Origin: Lytechinus pictus
Lineage: Eukaryota
Reading direction: 5' to 3'
Length of the DNA: 60,000 nt
Assembly (NCBI RefSeq): GCF_037042905.1
Contig: NC_087252.1
Location: 4,714,001-4,774,000, forward strand
A program made the translations under genes and the position numbers. This document shows positions 1 through 13,453 of this stretch, one piece after another. The notes beneath the pieces are model-generated. The model was not told the DNA's origin. It saw only the letters and a program-made list of their open reading frames with translations, and ran no database searches. The first letter of the stretch is position 1, and every line of letters starts with the position of its first letter.

Positions 1-977
1 AATTCCACTATACAAATGGAAACAAGAGAAAAGAATAAAAAAAAGAATGAATAAAACTGTCGCATACACAGCTGATTTTATGAAGAAAATGCTGTGAACT
101 TCACTCATTTTTAGAGAGTGAAAGTCAAAGTGAAAGTCGAACTGATAGTGTACATAACCAGAATGTCAACAAATGATCTGATTACATATTTTGCCTGTCA
201 AAAGGAACATTTGGAGAGGAAATGGAAGAAAAGGACTTTTAATTCTACTAAACGGAAATAAAGAATTGGCAAAAGAATTTATGAATAACTGGGTGATATA
301 TTACTAAAAACATCGAACCTAAAAGCATTAAATCTTAAAAAGCAGAGAGAAACAATGAATAGTCTACACAAAACACACAACTCTTAAGAATATTATCATC
401 ACTGTTGAGGGTTGATATTTTTTTAATACATGTATCTTCAAATGAATTATTATTTAAAGTTTAACAGAAGCAGTCTTTATGATGTTATTTTTTTTTTCTT
501 TATCTCTTTTTAAGACTTGCAAAAAAGCAAATTATTACAATAATTTTCTCTATCAATTTTAATTGTTTCCGCATTCACTAGTGCTGCACATGAACTAAAA
601 GCAGATTATCAACACATAATTTTACACGAGAATTGAATGTGAACAACAATTTCCAGAAGCACGATTTTCCTATTCTTCTCTTTATACAGAATGAATATAG
701 GGTTTAATCAGATGTTATGCCAATCGCATTTAACCATCGCATTCTCCCTATAGCTTTTAAAAGCTGTTTCTTTCTTTCCTCTAATACTCAATCATACCAC
801 AAAGACCGCAATTATAATTTTCTGCATTAAAAAGTATTCAATACATTTACAGGTGCATGTTGATGTATAAACAAAGCAAACCATAAACGATAACTGTGCA
901 CTACTACATCTTACGTGTACAAGGCACAGTATTTTCAAAGAATATAATGAAATCCACATTATGCTATATGCTTCTAA

Positions 978-1818
978 GGCTGTGTTTATGCTTCCACTTT
1001 TCAGGCCAGAATCAGCGTTTCCAAACGTGATTAGTCCAAAACACCGTTGCGTCCATGCTTACTTTCATTTAAACGCTGTTTCAAAACACCGATCGTAAAC
1101 TCACAAAAAGGTGCGTTTGTAAACGTCGTTTGACCAGAATCAGGCTTTCTGGGGAAGTATAAACAGAACCACGATCGTAAACGTGTTTAAATGACGTCAT
1201 TTGGTACATGATTCCGGTGAGATGAAAATCCGCGGGCAAATACAGTCGCATTGCTCCATGGTCGCATGTTACCTCAATTACCTCTCATCTCCCTTGTTTT
1301 GCATTAGTATTATTACTAGTATTACTCTTCCAATTTGTCATCACGATGAACGTTGAGGGATTTACACCAAAAAAAACCCTGGAACATGAGTTATAATGAG
1401 TAGACATCGCAAGATGCCCCAGTAGCATAAACAAATAGATATTTTATTATTTTGTATACTTAATATTCTTTGGTTTTTTTTACTATTATCCTCACCATGG
1501 TGGAAATTATATGGCTATATCAAGAAGCTCCATGCAATTACTAAAATATCGGAAATTGTTCGATGTTTATATAACAGTCGACGTACCTTCCCCATTACAA
1601 CACTCGGAAAAAAAAAACTTTCAAAAAAGGGCGCGCCCAATTTGACCTCGCTTTCTTGCTCAACAAAAACTACGATGCGAAGCCAGCTGGAGATCGTGAT
1701 TTCGCCTCTGAAAAGTTAAGCATAAACAGCACTCCCAGAACCACGTTTACGATCGGCGTTTTGGATCGACGTTTGAAAACGCTGATTCTGTCCTCGCAAT
1801 GGAAGCATAAACACACCC
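978..1818. mobile_element. PIF/Harbinger-type MITE (841 bp)
   Basis: TIRs GGCTGTGTTTATGCTTCCA / TGGAAGCATAAACACACCC. TAA TSD at 975-977 and 1819-1821. Confidence 0.85.
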
Positions 1819-2171
1819 TAAGAAGTATAGGTATTAAATGCTACAGGAAATTGTAACAAAAGGGAATACATAACAAATTTACAATTTTAACTGTTTCAAG
1901 TTACTGAAATCATTTGATTTGATTGGCCGATAGTGAACTAGTTATGGAAACTATACATTTGTTTATGAAAAGAGACCCAGATATATTATTTCTTAAGAGT
2001 TAATTTTCTATAGGTTTAGATTACACATGCATCACATAGATTTTACAACTAATATTTAAGCTTGGTTAGTACTCCAAAAGCAATTTTCTATAGGTTTGGA
2101 GTTGGCCTAGATCTACGCGACTATCAACAGATATAAAATTAGAGGACTTAAGCGAAAACTTATTTTCTATT

Positions 2172-2573
2172 TCTGACCCCGCATTCAGACGCACAAATTG
2201 GTGTTATTTTCATCTGACCTATAATATGCATATAATACGTATATGTATCAAATAATACGTATATGACACCCATGATACGATACATACGAACCATACATAC
2301 ATGTATGTTACAACGCGTATGATATAATGTATGATATAATATGTTTGATGATACCGGTATGTATTATATTGTATGTACGATACAGTTCATGATAAAACAT
2401 GTACATGTATGTATTAAACAATATACACGAGATGATCATTCAGACGCAACGGCCATCATAAAATAGTATTATGGGAGCATCGGACATAACACCCGTTGAT
2501 ATCTTGAAACGACTTATCAGTATTTATAAGAAGATTCATTTCGAGAACTTGCTTGTCCGAATGCGGGGACAGA
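2172..2573. mobile_element. Degenerate MITE with AT-rich low-complexity interior
   Basis: Inverted termini TCTGACCCCGCATTCAGAC / GTCCGAATGCGGGGACAGA. TSD unclear. Confidence 0.55.
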
Positions 2574-2663
2574 CACGATTTTACCACACTTTTGCCAACA
2601 ACCTTTAATAGACGTTCTAATAGACGTTCTAATCTACGTTCTAATCTAACATCTAGCACTTAC

Positions 2664-2792
2664 CTTGTTCTGTATCATATTATTAGCAGCCTTCGTAAGT
2701 TGTTTCTCGAGTACACTTATTCTCGTTTTAATTCCATTAATGTCCTTTTGGAGTTTTTCAGATGGATTATTCAAGTACTCATTTTCCGTGTG
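2664..2792 (-). CDS. ARHGEF12: ARHGEF11/12 exon, coiled coil: HTENEYLNNPSEKLQKDINGIKTRISVLEKQLTKAANNMIQNK
   Basis: Acceptor cctacAG, donor GTAAGT, 129 nt, phase 0-0. Resembles LARG LQEDYNRTPAQRLLKEIQEAKKHIPQLQEQLSKA. Confidence 0.9.
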
Positions 2793-3079
2793 CTGTAGGC
2801 GTTCAGTGCAGGAAGGGAATAAAAATATGAAATGGATGCAAAAATTTGAAAATTAACAAGCAAAAAAAAAGGATTAAGAAAAGGGAGTGTGAAAAATTGA
2901 CACACAGAGAAGAAACAGTTCACGAAACGTACCGAAATTCAGGCCATTAGGAGTTTGAAAGCTTCTAGATGCATTATTTGGAAAGATGGCGCTGATTTTT
3001 TCTATTTTTATAGCATTGTTATTACTAACTGACACTTGTCTGTGTTATCTATGAGAGATACAATGCATTATTTGAACTT

Positions 3080-3330
3080 TAGCATACAGAGCACTATGAT
3101 AAAGTTGCTTCTTTTTTTATAATTTTTTTTTCATGTTTTTCATGAAGTAACAGGGTTTATTCCTTATTGTTTCAAAGTTAAGGATAGATTGGAAATGGCA
3201 TTGCAGCATACAATAGAGCTTTACAATTATAGTTGCTTCTTTTTTAATATATTTTTCTTTAAATAATTGGATAAGTTTTTTTTTCTTTTTGTTTCAAAGT
3301 TAAGGATATATTGGAAATTACATTGTAGGA
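3080..3330. repeat. Degenerate tandem duplication, about 120 bp x2
   Basis: Two copies of agttgcttcttttttta...ttgtttcaaagttaaggata.attggaaat. Confidence 0.6.
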
Positions 3331-3714
3331 AAATCTAGTTTCTATCGTACAATCTTTCCGCTTATTATCTACAAGCTTTCAAACATCCCATACAAATAAC
3401 AAGATGCATACAACAGACCAATGATCTGCAACAAACAAATAAACAAAAACTGACACAAAAAACAGACAAAAAATCTAAAAATCAACCCTAAAGGAAGAAA
3501 ATAATGAGTGCATGACATCAAAAAAAAGGCTTCCCAAATTTTGACAAATTTGAAAGATAATCATGCAATGTCCGCAATATGTTGACAATATTTAATTTAT
3601 CCTTTTTTTTGGAAAGAATTTCAAAGCAGAAGCATGTGGACTGCAAATGGCAAGCTGAGAGCGATGCAAAAGAAGAACGAAGGGTTTATCTTTTGTTTTC
3701 TTCCATTTACTTAC

Positions 3715-3861
3715 GTCGATGGATTCTACATCGATACTTTTCTTGCGTTTATGCCATGCTCTCTTTTTGACGGAGGGGGACTTGGGGGCCTCAAGATTAG
3801 TGAGGCTCTGAGACCGTTTCTTATGCAGACTGGATTTGCGTCTGCTGAACGGCGAGGCCCA
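3715..3861 (-). CDS. Candidate cassette exon, basic/Ser-rich: WASPFSRRKSSLHKKRSQSLTNLEAPKSPSVKKRAWHKRKKSIDVESID
   Basis: Acceptor ccttttgttAG, perfect donor GTAAGT, 147 nt, phase 0-0, open only in the gene's frame. Confidence 0.7.
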
Positions 3862-6299
3862 CTAACAAAAGGTTTGGTGGCCAAAATAAAAAGGGGTGGA
3901 AAATGGAAATAAAAGAATACGTAATCAAATGGGGGTGGGGAATAATGATTGGATCGTAGAGAAACAGATAGTTAACCTAATGTGAGCTAAAAATGATGTC
4001 ATCTTTTGATGCAATGCAACAATTATTTTCAATGCAATGGAATTTATCTTTTTAATGTAGTTTAGTGTACAGGATAATTTGGAAGAATAGCTCAGGATAT
4101 ATGAATGTAGCAAGCAGAAGCTTGGGGATTGCTGTTTTACAGTACATGTAATTACTGCACTTGTAATAATTAAATTCATTAACATTCAATAAGATAACAT
4201 CATTTTCAGAACACCATCACATGACATGAAAAATGCTTTACTACTAATTGAAAATTGAATCCTACTGACCAAACTAAACAAATTCAAACGGAGTAACCTA
4301 CCAAAAAAATATGCAATCATTAAAACAAATGACAACCAGCACTGAAATACAATTACCAATCTAGAAAAGAAATTGAACATTTAACAAAGGAGAAAGGTTT
4401 CAAATTAAATTCAGATAGAGAATATAAACTCCACATAACAATACAATAAAACAAATCACATGGCCATCATTAGTGTCAGAATTATCAAATTTGGAAAGAA
4501 AGAGAAATATCTGTCAAGAAAAAGAATTGAAAACATTAAATTCACAATATCGAAATGAACAAAGACAGATAATAAAATAATAAATAATTTGTTGGATGCC
4601 AAATCACAGGGAGGGCATTAACTACAAACCTTGCCTAAGTATCGTTTTTAAAGCGATATGTACCATCGAGTATGAACTCACCTTCAAGGTGTGCAATGTC
4701 AATACTTGCATTAGATGGGGAGAGGCATGTAACATGACCTTAAACTAGTATACCATTACTGTATCTAATGAGATTGGCATCCGAAAGGTGTTCAGGTGTG
4801 GGGCTTACAATTTCCTGTCAGTTAATATCTGTCTTAAATCTTATCTCTACCCCCCCCCCCCCACCTTGCCCCTGGCATTTTTTTTTCAAACATTATCTCT
4901 CACCTATAAAATCTTCTTTATTTTTCATTCTTATGACTTCTCCCTCCCTCTCCTCAACCCAGCACCCCCCCCCCCCCCTGTTCACTAGTTGGTCTGCATG
5001 CACAGACCCTGATTGGAACTTTTATCAATAAGTGTGCCTCCACTCAAAAGACTAGCACATGTATACAAAACTTGCTGTGAGGGCCTTCATTACACAAGGC
5101 ATGAGTAGGCTGCACTTCAGACCCTTTACTCGAGTGAAGGGTTTGCCCAGCAGACTATTCACTACTCTTCTTTACCTCTCTTCTCTCTCCCACACTCCCT
5201 CATCTGCAGCCCTTACCCCTCTTTCTCACTCTGATTCTTAAGAGCATTTTTTTCATCCACAAACAAAACAGGCAAGGGGAAATTCCTAATAATCATTATG
5301 AATTAATAATAACATTGATATTTTGAGGAAAATAAAAAATATATATATCACAAACTGCCAACTTAAGATTTCCAGCTATGCTATACACTCTACTTTTAAA
5401 ACAAGCTTGTGCATATCTACCAAATCAATTCCCTGATTTCATTCTTCTGTTGAAATTGATATTGAAATGATAAGTCTTGGCTTAAAAGAAATGTAAATCA
5501 TTCAATATTCATACCCTAACCAAATCAAATCGATAGATTAAAGCGAATATCAGTTAATAGAGTGCACCATGGCTTTTGTAATACAAGCAGTAGAGCAAAA
5601 ATAATTGCACAATATTTTTGAAAATATACTACACTTACCGATAATATCTCCCACCAGTATACTAAACAACTGACCCATTATACTCATATAAATAGACACA
5701 GGGTCGATAAAGGCGGCCTGTTTGACATGTGTTGTTAGATTCAAGTTTGACACCCCAGTACTGTCATATGTGCAACAAATGGCAAATCAATTCTATCTCT
5801 TAGTCTCCCTATGTTTGTATTTCATACGTCACAGTCTTTACTTTCATTATGGCCCTCTTTCAATATGATAAATTTCTCAATGACTCACTTTCTCTTTTTA
5901 CTAATTCTTTATTCTTAAAATTCTCTCTTGCTCATTGTTTTAAGTGCCATCTTTACACCCAATTCCTAATTATGCATTAATAAGAATCTGCTAATTCAAT
6001 TATTTTCAATTTTTCATTATCTGCAATAAATTGCAACACACTCATCAAAACAGTCCCACATGTTTATTCCTGTGTTACTACCTGTACCACAATCCACACA
6101 ATAAAAAGAACCTTGAGAAACACACCCTCATTGACAGCAAACAGGATCTATAATTATCTCAACCTTCAATCCAACAGCTATATAGACCTATGTGTATGTT
6201 ATAGAATACTTGTTTCAATTCAAATTACTGAATGTAACTTATTCATAATAGGCAGGGATTCATATTTGTATCATTTAATTGACTGGTCGGTCGGGCGGT

Positions 6300-8040
6300 C
6301 GATTGATTGATTCATTCATTAAACATTCATAGAATCATTCATTCATTCATTGTTTGATAGATACATGTAGATTGATTGATCCATTCATTAATTGTTTAAT
6401 GATTGATTGATAGTTTGATTGATTGATTGACTGACTGACTGACTAATTAATAGATTGATTGATTGAATGAATGGTTGATAAATTGATTGATTGACTATTG
6501 AATGATTGATTCACTGATTCATTCATTTATACATTCATTCATTCATTCATTGAATCTTTGATCAATTGAATGATTGATTGATTGATTCATTCATTCATTG
6601 AATCTTTGATCAATTGAATGATTGATTGATTCATTCATTCATTCATTGAATCGTTGATCAATTGAATGATTGATTCATTGATTCATTCATTCATTGAATC
6701 TTTGATCAATTGAATGATTGATTGATTCATTCATTCATTCATTGAATCTTTGATCAATTGAATGATTGATTCATTCATTCATTCATTGAAACTTTGATCG
6801 ATTGAATGATTGACTGATTCATTCATTCATTCATTGAATCTTTGATCAATTGAATGATTGATTGATTGATTCATTCATTCATTGAATCGTTGATCGATTG
6901 AATAATTGACTGATTCATTCATTCATTCATTGAATCTTTGATCAATTGAATGATTGATTCATTCATTCATTCATTCATTCATTCATTGAATCGTTGATCG
7001 ATTGAATAATTGACTGATTCATTCATTCATTCATTGAATCGTTGATCGATTGAATGATTGATTGATTCATTCATTCATTCATTGAATCTTTGATCAATTG
7101 AATGATTGATTGATTGATTCATTCATTCATTGAATCTTTGATCGATTGAATGATTGACTGATTCATTCATTCATTCATTGAATCTTTGATCAATTGAATG
7201 ATTGATTCATTCATTCATTCATTCATTGAATCGTTGATCGATTGAATGATTGACTGATTCATTCATTCATTCATTGAATCTTTGATCAATAGAATGATTG
7301 ATTGATTCATTCATTCATTCATTGAATCGTTGATCGATTGAATAATTGACTGATTCATTCATTCATTCATTGAATCTTTGATCAATTGAATGATTGATTG
7401 ATTCATTCATTCATTGAATCGTTGATCGATTGAATGATTGATTCATTGATTCATTCATTCATTGAATCGTTGATCGATTGAATGATTGATTGATTGATTC
7501 ATTCATTCATTGAATCGTTGATCGATTGAATGATTGATTGATTCATTCATTCATTCATTGAATCGTTGATCGATTGAATGATTGATTGATTGATTGATTC
7601 ATTCATTCATTCATTGAATCGTTGATCGATTGAATGATTGATTCATTCATTCATTGAATCGTTGATCGATTGAATGAATGATTGATTCATTCATTCATTC
7701 ATTGAATCTTTGATCGATTGCATGATTGATTGATTGATTCATTCATTCATTGAATCGTTGATCGATTGAATGATTGATTGATTGATTCATTCATTCATTG
7801 AATCGTTGATCGATTGAATGATTGATTCATTCATTCATTCATTCATTCATTCATTCATTCATTGAATCTTTGATCGATTGAATGATTGATTGATTGATTC
7901 ATTCATTCATTCATTGAATCGTTGATCGATTGAATGATTGATTGATTGATTCATTCATTCATTGAATCGTTGATCGATTGAATGAATGATCGATTGATTG
8001 AATGATTGATTGATTGATTCATTGATTCACTGATTGATTA
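6300..8040. repeat. Compound (ATTC)n/(GATT)m satellite with a ~40-48-bp higher-order unit
   Basis: Unit (ATTC)n-ATTGAATC[T/G]TTGATC[A/G]ATTGAAT-(GATT)m repeated roughly 35 times in about 6530-7980, with simple-repeat flanks. Confidence 0.95.
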
Positions 8041-11000
8041 AATAGTTGATTGGTAAATCAATAGATGGAACAATTGATCGACTACAGTTTAAACTCATCA
8101 TTCAAAACCAAACAGAATTTGCTCACAGTGTAAATGACCTCAATGTTACCACCACTTGTCTTTCTAGCAGTAGTAGTGAGAGTTGCATACTTCTCAAGTA
8201 TCTGTTCAGTATATGGTTTCACGGTTGACTATACCACTTCCTCTTAGGGTAATAATTGCTGAAGTACCCTGCAAAATGCTTCTCTACATGAAATTTGTAT
8301 ACATTTTTGAATGATATATAAATATACTGATGCCTTATTCAAACTTCAATATAAATACTATTAAATGCTATTATGAACTGTTCAAAAGTGTAATTCAAAC
8401 TATAATAAAAGGAAAAGATGTCACCAATTTATAAAATGTCAAATCAACGATAAAACATTGTTGATTCACCTTAAGCATTTCAAAAATATTTTGTTAGAAA
8501 TACACAAGAAAACTATAAAATTGACCTCTAAAATACCATACCAGTACCGATAATGGCTTGATTAGTGATTTAAATTAGTACTTACTATGGTTACATTAAG
8601 ATCCTCGTATAAATTTTGTGCTTAGAAATCCAAACAGAAGGATGCAAGCAGCTCAACATCGGTCAAAAATAGATGCAAACAACTGAGGAAAGCCTTGGAT
8701 AGTCATACCAACAGTTAGTCATATGATTGGTAGGATACTACTGTACTACCAGGCCAGTAGACAATTCTAACCAAAGTTATTTCACAGAATATATAAAACC
8801 ACAGCTCCCTATATTGCGAAAAGACACCATTTGAACATCTGTCACATTGACGATGCGTATATGCAGGTAGGCATATTAATGCATGAAGAAAGTGCAGTTA
8901 TAGGGCCTACTGTAATGTACAGTTTTACTGCAAGCTTTCAGAATTACCTATGAATGTCCAGGAATACTTTGGAGTATCAAATTAAGGAGAGTAAGATGAC
9001 TATGGAAAACTAGTAGAACCTTTATTGAATTTGAATTTATAAAATACAGTTAAAACCTTCTTTTGAAAACTAATAGAATTGAACTCACCACTGAATAAAA
9101 CTATTGACCAAGGTTCATGTTCATCAGGTATCATTTTCCATCATCCTTCACACAAGCAATCAAAACAAAGCTTCTTTGTACGCAACCTCAAGAAGTTCAG
9201 AAACAGCACTGGTCTCAATGATTACAGAACAAATTCATAGACAAATACTCAACAAAATGTCGAAAAATTATAAAATTATGATCCAGCTGGGCTGAAGCAG
9301 TTTCTTACACGAGGCTGGGAATATTCTTGTTTGCTGTAAAAATTCTTCGCTTGGAGAAAGTGGTCTGAATATTTAGCCTAACTGGGACTTGTGCATGAAG
9401 GTTCCTCTTGCTCAAGAAAATGAACACTAAGTTGTATTTGTGCTAGTCTTTGGTAAAGGCCCACAGGTTGGTGAAGTTTTCCTCAGGATCTGTTCTGCAG
9501 ACTAAATGCATATTCCATCTCATCTAACTTCAAAATTTAAGAATACCGCAAGTTTACAATGAATAAAACTGATAACACTGCAACATTAGTGTTAACAGAT
9601 AGGCCCTAATCACACTGAGTAGATTGCTTTGGTGTTATGCTGGGGGAATTGTTCTCTGATCACAGCAACTGGCTTCATCATACTCTTGAACCACAATATG
9701 CTTCACAGGAGAGGTGGACTGGAGAGGGGGTCCAAAGAATGACTGGTTGATTTGTGGAGTAGAAAGAAGACTCTACCCACTCTTCTGATTGTAAATTAAT
9801 TTCAACTTCTAACAGGAGCAAGTCGCCAGCCGATACAACATTCACAAAAACAAGCAGCGGTAATAATCAAACAAATCTTCTCCAAATTGTGTATTTCGTC
9901 AAAACATGATGTTGCACTTCTACTGGTAATACACTCATAAGGAAATGGTAGTTGACTGTCAACTGCAAGGTACAAGTTCATACTCACTGACAATTCATTT
10001 TTTATACACTCCAAATCGTTTCAAGGGTATACGGTCATCAATATTACCTTTTCCCCACCAATACACTTCCTGGATTCTGAGTAGTTTCATGTACAGCTGT
10101 AATGACAATAATACCTCACCTCTATACTTACATCTCCCTGTCTAAACTTTGACTATTTCTTCTTCCAGAATAAATCCCTTCATGAAGAGGGAGTTTCACT
10201 GACAACTTTACACTGAATTCTTGCACCTGATTGACTGGGAGCAAACTTGCGAGTGAAAAACCAGTGACAAGATGTTTCCCAAAATGCTTGCAGCTAGTAC
10301 GCTTTCGTCCAAATAAGAGAGATAACCATGCAGAATTTACCATGAAAACATTAAATGTCAAATGACAGGCCCTTTGTGAATATTCAAAAGAAGGGGATTT
10401 CCCTCAAAGGGTTGTAAATTTCACAATCAGTCCTCATTTTCAAAATAATCCAAACATAAAAAGTTTCCCCAAAACATGTTTTTCTAGTCTTTACTAATAG
10501 ATGCAATTTCTATACTGCAATTTCATTTCCATTGTTGAAGGGGGTCTTTCTCTGTCTGTCTCGTCTCTCTCTTTTTACTTTTCACTATTGCATAGGGACC
10601 ACTGTTCTTGCTCCTTTACATCCCTTGCTTATCCATTCACCCCACCCCAACTCCTTCTCCCTCTCCCCCTTCCCTCCCCCATCTCTCTCTATCCCCCTTT
10701 CCCCCCCAAGCTTTCACAGTACAAGCTTTCTGCATTATACACCATCTCTCTATCATTCCCAAAACCACAGTTCATAAGTCCATACTTTCAACGACCAATC
10801 AATACTAAAAAAACGCCTTCGCAAATCCGTAACGTAACACTACCAGGATTTACACACATAAATACCATGAACCCAAATAAATAACACTACTGCAATAGCT
10901 AGATTACCTTGACAACACCACATATTCATCACGTATTCAACATGGCTGTATATGAGGTTGCCAATTTACTAATCAGATACAAACTCATATTGCTAAAAGT

Positions 11001-11880
11001 TATCTTCCTTATTCATGATGCAATTATTGCTTTTTCTCGTAATTCCTAAAGAGAATTCTGATGTCCTAATTTAAACTGATAAAAATTCAAATGATGCAAT
11101 TTTCCTATTAAACCTTTAAGCTATGACTTTCAATTAATGGGGAGATTATTACTTCAGATCTTATTGTAGATGCACATGATTTGATTACCGACACAAAGTG
11201 GATATTCGATTCCATGCAAGCAAAGAGACAACATGCATAGGCTATAAATGCCTTTCTTGATTTACTCTGATAGTTCAGTGGTATAAATTACCAACAATTC
11301 TATCCTTTCTGGATAATATTCTGATTATATTTATAAACCTATCGTTATCCTTTCCAATCAACTTGTGCATCCCATGTTCCTTCCATGAAGGGAGATTTGC
11401 CAATTTAATAATCTGGTAAAAGTGCAAATAGTTTTATAATTCTATTTTAAAACAAATGGCACTTTCAGATTAAAGATTTGTTTAGGGGCAGGATTATATT
11501 AGTGATCTTTTACATTAAATTTACATGATTGAACATGTGAAATGTGATGGTTATTTTTAAAAAAACAGGTTTGTGGGTGACTGATACTTACATTGCGAGA
11601 AGTCTTCATGTTTATTACTAATAAAATGGCATACCTCAAGGGCCCTCCTTAAGACCATTGTTATTCACACACATCTCCCACAGTTCACTAGGAGGCTTTC
11701 ATGTTCGTTGTCAACAGTGAAAACCACTGACAATTCTTTTAAGCTACTGAAATCCTTGGATTTGATTGGCCAAGAGTCAATATTGTCCATAAAGATCACT
11801 ACCCAAACGCTTCTTGAAAGGCTACCATGTTGGTTGAAAGAATAATAGAAGGGATCTATCGTTATGGTCTGAATACTTAC

Positions 11881-11961
11881 GTCTAATAACGTCCTTTCTT
11901 GCTCCAGCATGCGTTTGAATGTGTTTAACCTTTCAGACTTTACTTGAGCGTCTTGTTGAGA
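11881..11961 (-). CDS. ARHGEF12: ARHGEF11/12 exon, coiled coil: SQQDAQVKSERLNTFKRMLEQERTLLD
   Basis: Strong polypyrimidine acceptor tctcttttgtctttatccAG, donor GTAAGT, 81 nt, phase 0-0. Resembles LARG ...VEILRKMLQKEQERLQ. Confidence 0.9.
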
Positions 11962-13047
11962 CTGGATAAAGACAAAAGAGATAAAGACAAAATATGAAAT
12001 ACAAGAAGGGGTGTGTATCGCAAGGTCAAGTATCACAAAGCAGTTTTAACTCATGCATAACTTTACAATTAACTGGAAAATTAGGATATATTTGAAACAG
12101 GGGCCCCCAACTCCAAGAACAAGAATATTCTACTAAAAAAAGGCCCAATCATTGTTTTGAATAAATTCTCTGTTACTCTGAGTTCTTATGAAACCATTTT
12201 GTTGTTGTAGTTTTGTTTGGGGAGTTTTTAAAGGAAGAACAAAAATGTCCAGAAGTCTGGCTGACACCCATGAGTAACTTTATTGAGATTACTTTCAAAT
12301 TATCAATTTTGATTTTAGTACCGGTACTCATTTTAGCAATCTTTCATGGAAGTAATTCATTTATAATATCGACATGTATATATCTAAATTGCTGTTCGAT
12401 TATAATCCTGACAGCGTCTATCTACTCTATGGAAGATGATAGATAATATTACTATTTGCTTCATACAGAAAGGTATCATTTTCCCCCTGAGTGTTATAGA
12501 CCTTTAAAGCTCAAAACATCCCTCCAGCCCTTCCTTCCCTTCTGCCCCCCCCCCCCATCCTTAGCTTCATAATTTCAACCACGAATCATTCAGCAACATC
12601 TAATTACACTCAGCTGCGTGAGGCATATTGTCACCACCTGTCCATATTAATATAACACACTGCTCCGTTCTAAATTAGGCCCCAAATTGCCACCGCTTTC
12701 CAAATAACGAGCCATTATTGTGGTCAATTTGTTTAAAGTGTACTTGAAATACCCTTGTTCATAAAACCAAAAGTTAATTCCATTGCCAAAACAGATCATT
12801 TTCACCATACTAAATCTACAATGCACTTTTGGTTACTACTGGTATAGATGTAGGATATACAGCTATTTATTTTAAGATTATAGAAGCTTGGAATATGGTT
12901 TGAAATTAACATAAGGGAAAGGGAGAGAAGCGTGAATTTCTTCAAATTTACTTTTATCATTATTCAAAAGAAGTACATATGCACGGGTCAATGCAATGTT
13001 AATATAAAATCATTCCATTACACTTAAAACAATCAACATGTATACTG

Positions 13048-13442
13048 CAGAGCTGCCAAGTTGTATTTTGCATTTTCAGTATTCTTATCCCCCAAAATCA
13101 GTATTTTGACAAAAAAATCAGTATTTTTACCGTGTGAGATAAATATTTTGTATTTTTCCAAAAAAAAATGTGCACTGCTCTTGCAGATGAAAAAAAAAAA
13201 ACATTTAAACTTGTGTATATCTCACCCTGGTTTTACAAAATGATTGAAAAAAAAACAAGTTACCTGAAATTACATTGATCTAATAACCATATTTGTGTAC
13301 GTTTTATGAAATAGAGACATATAGAAATGATTTTTCTCGATAAATTTTGATTTTTTTTTTAATACAAAGAAAAAACGTACTGCCGTATTTTGGTTGCAAA
13401 AACGTACTAAATACAGAAAAATCGTACTACTTGGCAGCTCTG
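13048..13442. mobile_element. Non-autonomous hAT-like element with 6-bp TSD
   Basis: Perfect 14-bp TIR CAGAGCTGCCAAGT. ATACTG is duplicated at 13042-13047 and 13443-13448. Confidence 0.8.
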
Positions 13443-13453
13443 ATACTGGCATT

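Noticed and set aside
5639..5678. MGQLFSILVGDII mini-exon with a myristoylation-like start and a GTAAGT donor
   Set aside because: It ends in phase 1, whereas the downstream exons at 3861 and 2792 start in phase 0, so no in-frame product was found.
6530..7980. CRISPR-like array (constant core with variable intervening sequence)
   Set aside because: The 'spacers' are only variable counts of ATTC/GATT, there are no cas genes, and the context is a eukaryotic intron.
10128..10361. 77-aa minus ORF ending at a GTAAGT donor as a coding first exon
   Set aside because: It ends in phase 2, incompatible with the identified downstream exons. Kept only as an orphan donor.
10501..10884. Pro/Ser/Leu-rich ORFs here and at 52848-53258
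   Set aside because: These are pyrimidine-rich low-complexity tracts antisense to the host gene, with no coding signature.
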